Positions 37,248-37,484 of a stretch of 37,484 bases of DNA are shown here, piece by piece. The position numbers were made by a program, and so were the translations under genes. Source of the stretch: Alphaproteobacteria bacterium (GTDB taxonomy: Bacteria > Pseudomonadota > Alphaproteobacteria > Rhizobiales > TMED25); NCBI GenBank assembly GCA_963582255.1, contig CAUZRD010000001.1:1-37484 (forward strand), read 5' to 3'. Position 1 is the stretch's first letter. The number at the start of each line of letters is the position of its first letter. The notes under the pieces are model-generated. The model saw only the letters and a program-made list of their open reading frames with translations. It ran no database searches and had not been told where the DNA came from.

Positions 37248-37484
37248 ATATTTTAGTTCCTTTTTGATTTGGCTACTAGAAACGCAATCGAACCAATTCC
37301 GAAGTTTTTTACAAGCCAACGCCAAGGTATTGCGCACGTTCTCTAGTTTACAGTCGCAAGCTTATAAATATTGATACTACCATTAGATAAACTTTATTCT
37401 GACCACTAGTAAAAACAGAACAACTATAAAACTATTTCTTTAATTATTATGGTTACACAAAATTATCGATAATAATTCTATCTC

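Noticed and set aside
1-37484. Searched by eye for CRISPR repeats, IS/transposase or integrase genes, tRNA/rRNA genes, and defence-system hallmarks (RT, nucleases, AAA+/SIR2/TIR).
   Set aside because: No regularly spaced repeats were seen, and no ORF has such motifs. Every ORF over 100 aa outside known-gene shadows is assignable to a housekeeping, regulatory or conserved-DUF family.

Overview
This window reads as a conserved chromosomal core segment of an alphaproteobacterium, most likely order Hyphomicrobiales/Rhizobiales. The pointers are a MucR/Ros regulator, DUF1491, DUF5330, a cycHJKL-type ccm cluster and an aerobic-type cob cluster. G+C is roughly 50% in genes. All family calls come from motifs I recognise by eye in the supplied translations; no searches were run.

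Gene content, left to right:
- Cobalamin cluster in four units: [partial membrane ORF]-cobU-cobW-cobN-cobO-cobQ (+), cbiB-cobC (-), cobT (-), cobS (+).
- Membrane-anchored retropepsin-like aspartic protease, phosphomannomutase/phosphoglucomutase, dusA (-), a hemerythrin-domain protein (-), pepN (+), and a PAS sensor kinase (+).
- An envelope block on the minus strand: PepSY-like protein, response regulator and kinase; then ccmI-ccmE-ccmF-ccmH, degP, and a second response regulator and kinase.
- ycgN, DUF1491, DUF5330, sufE, a PAS-only (DUF1457-like) protein and mucR.

I found no rRNA, tRNA, CRISPR array, transposase, integrase or recognisable defence genes. I could not find a convincing new multi-gene system.

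The parts not explained by ordinary genes are:
- A ~1 kb gene-poor stretch (33964-34987) that reads like a decayed gene, plus a C9 homopolymer inside a tiny hydrophobic ORF.
- A ~770 bp AT-rich spacer with orphan ORFs (29671-30438).
- A Shine-Dalgarno-led mini-uORF whose stop overlaps the TTG start of the PAS kinase.
- A 240 nt cob leader with no visible B12 riboswitch.

All of these are modest-interest observations that need database or expression checks.
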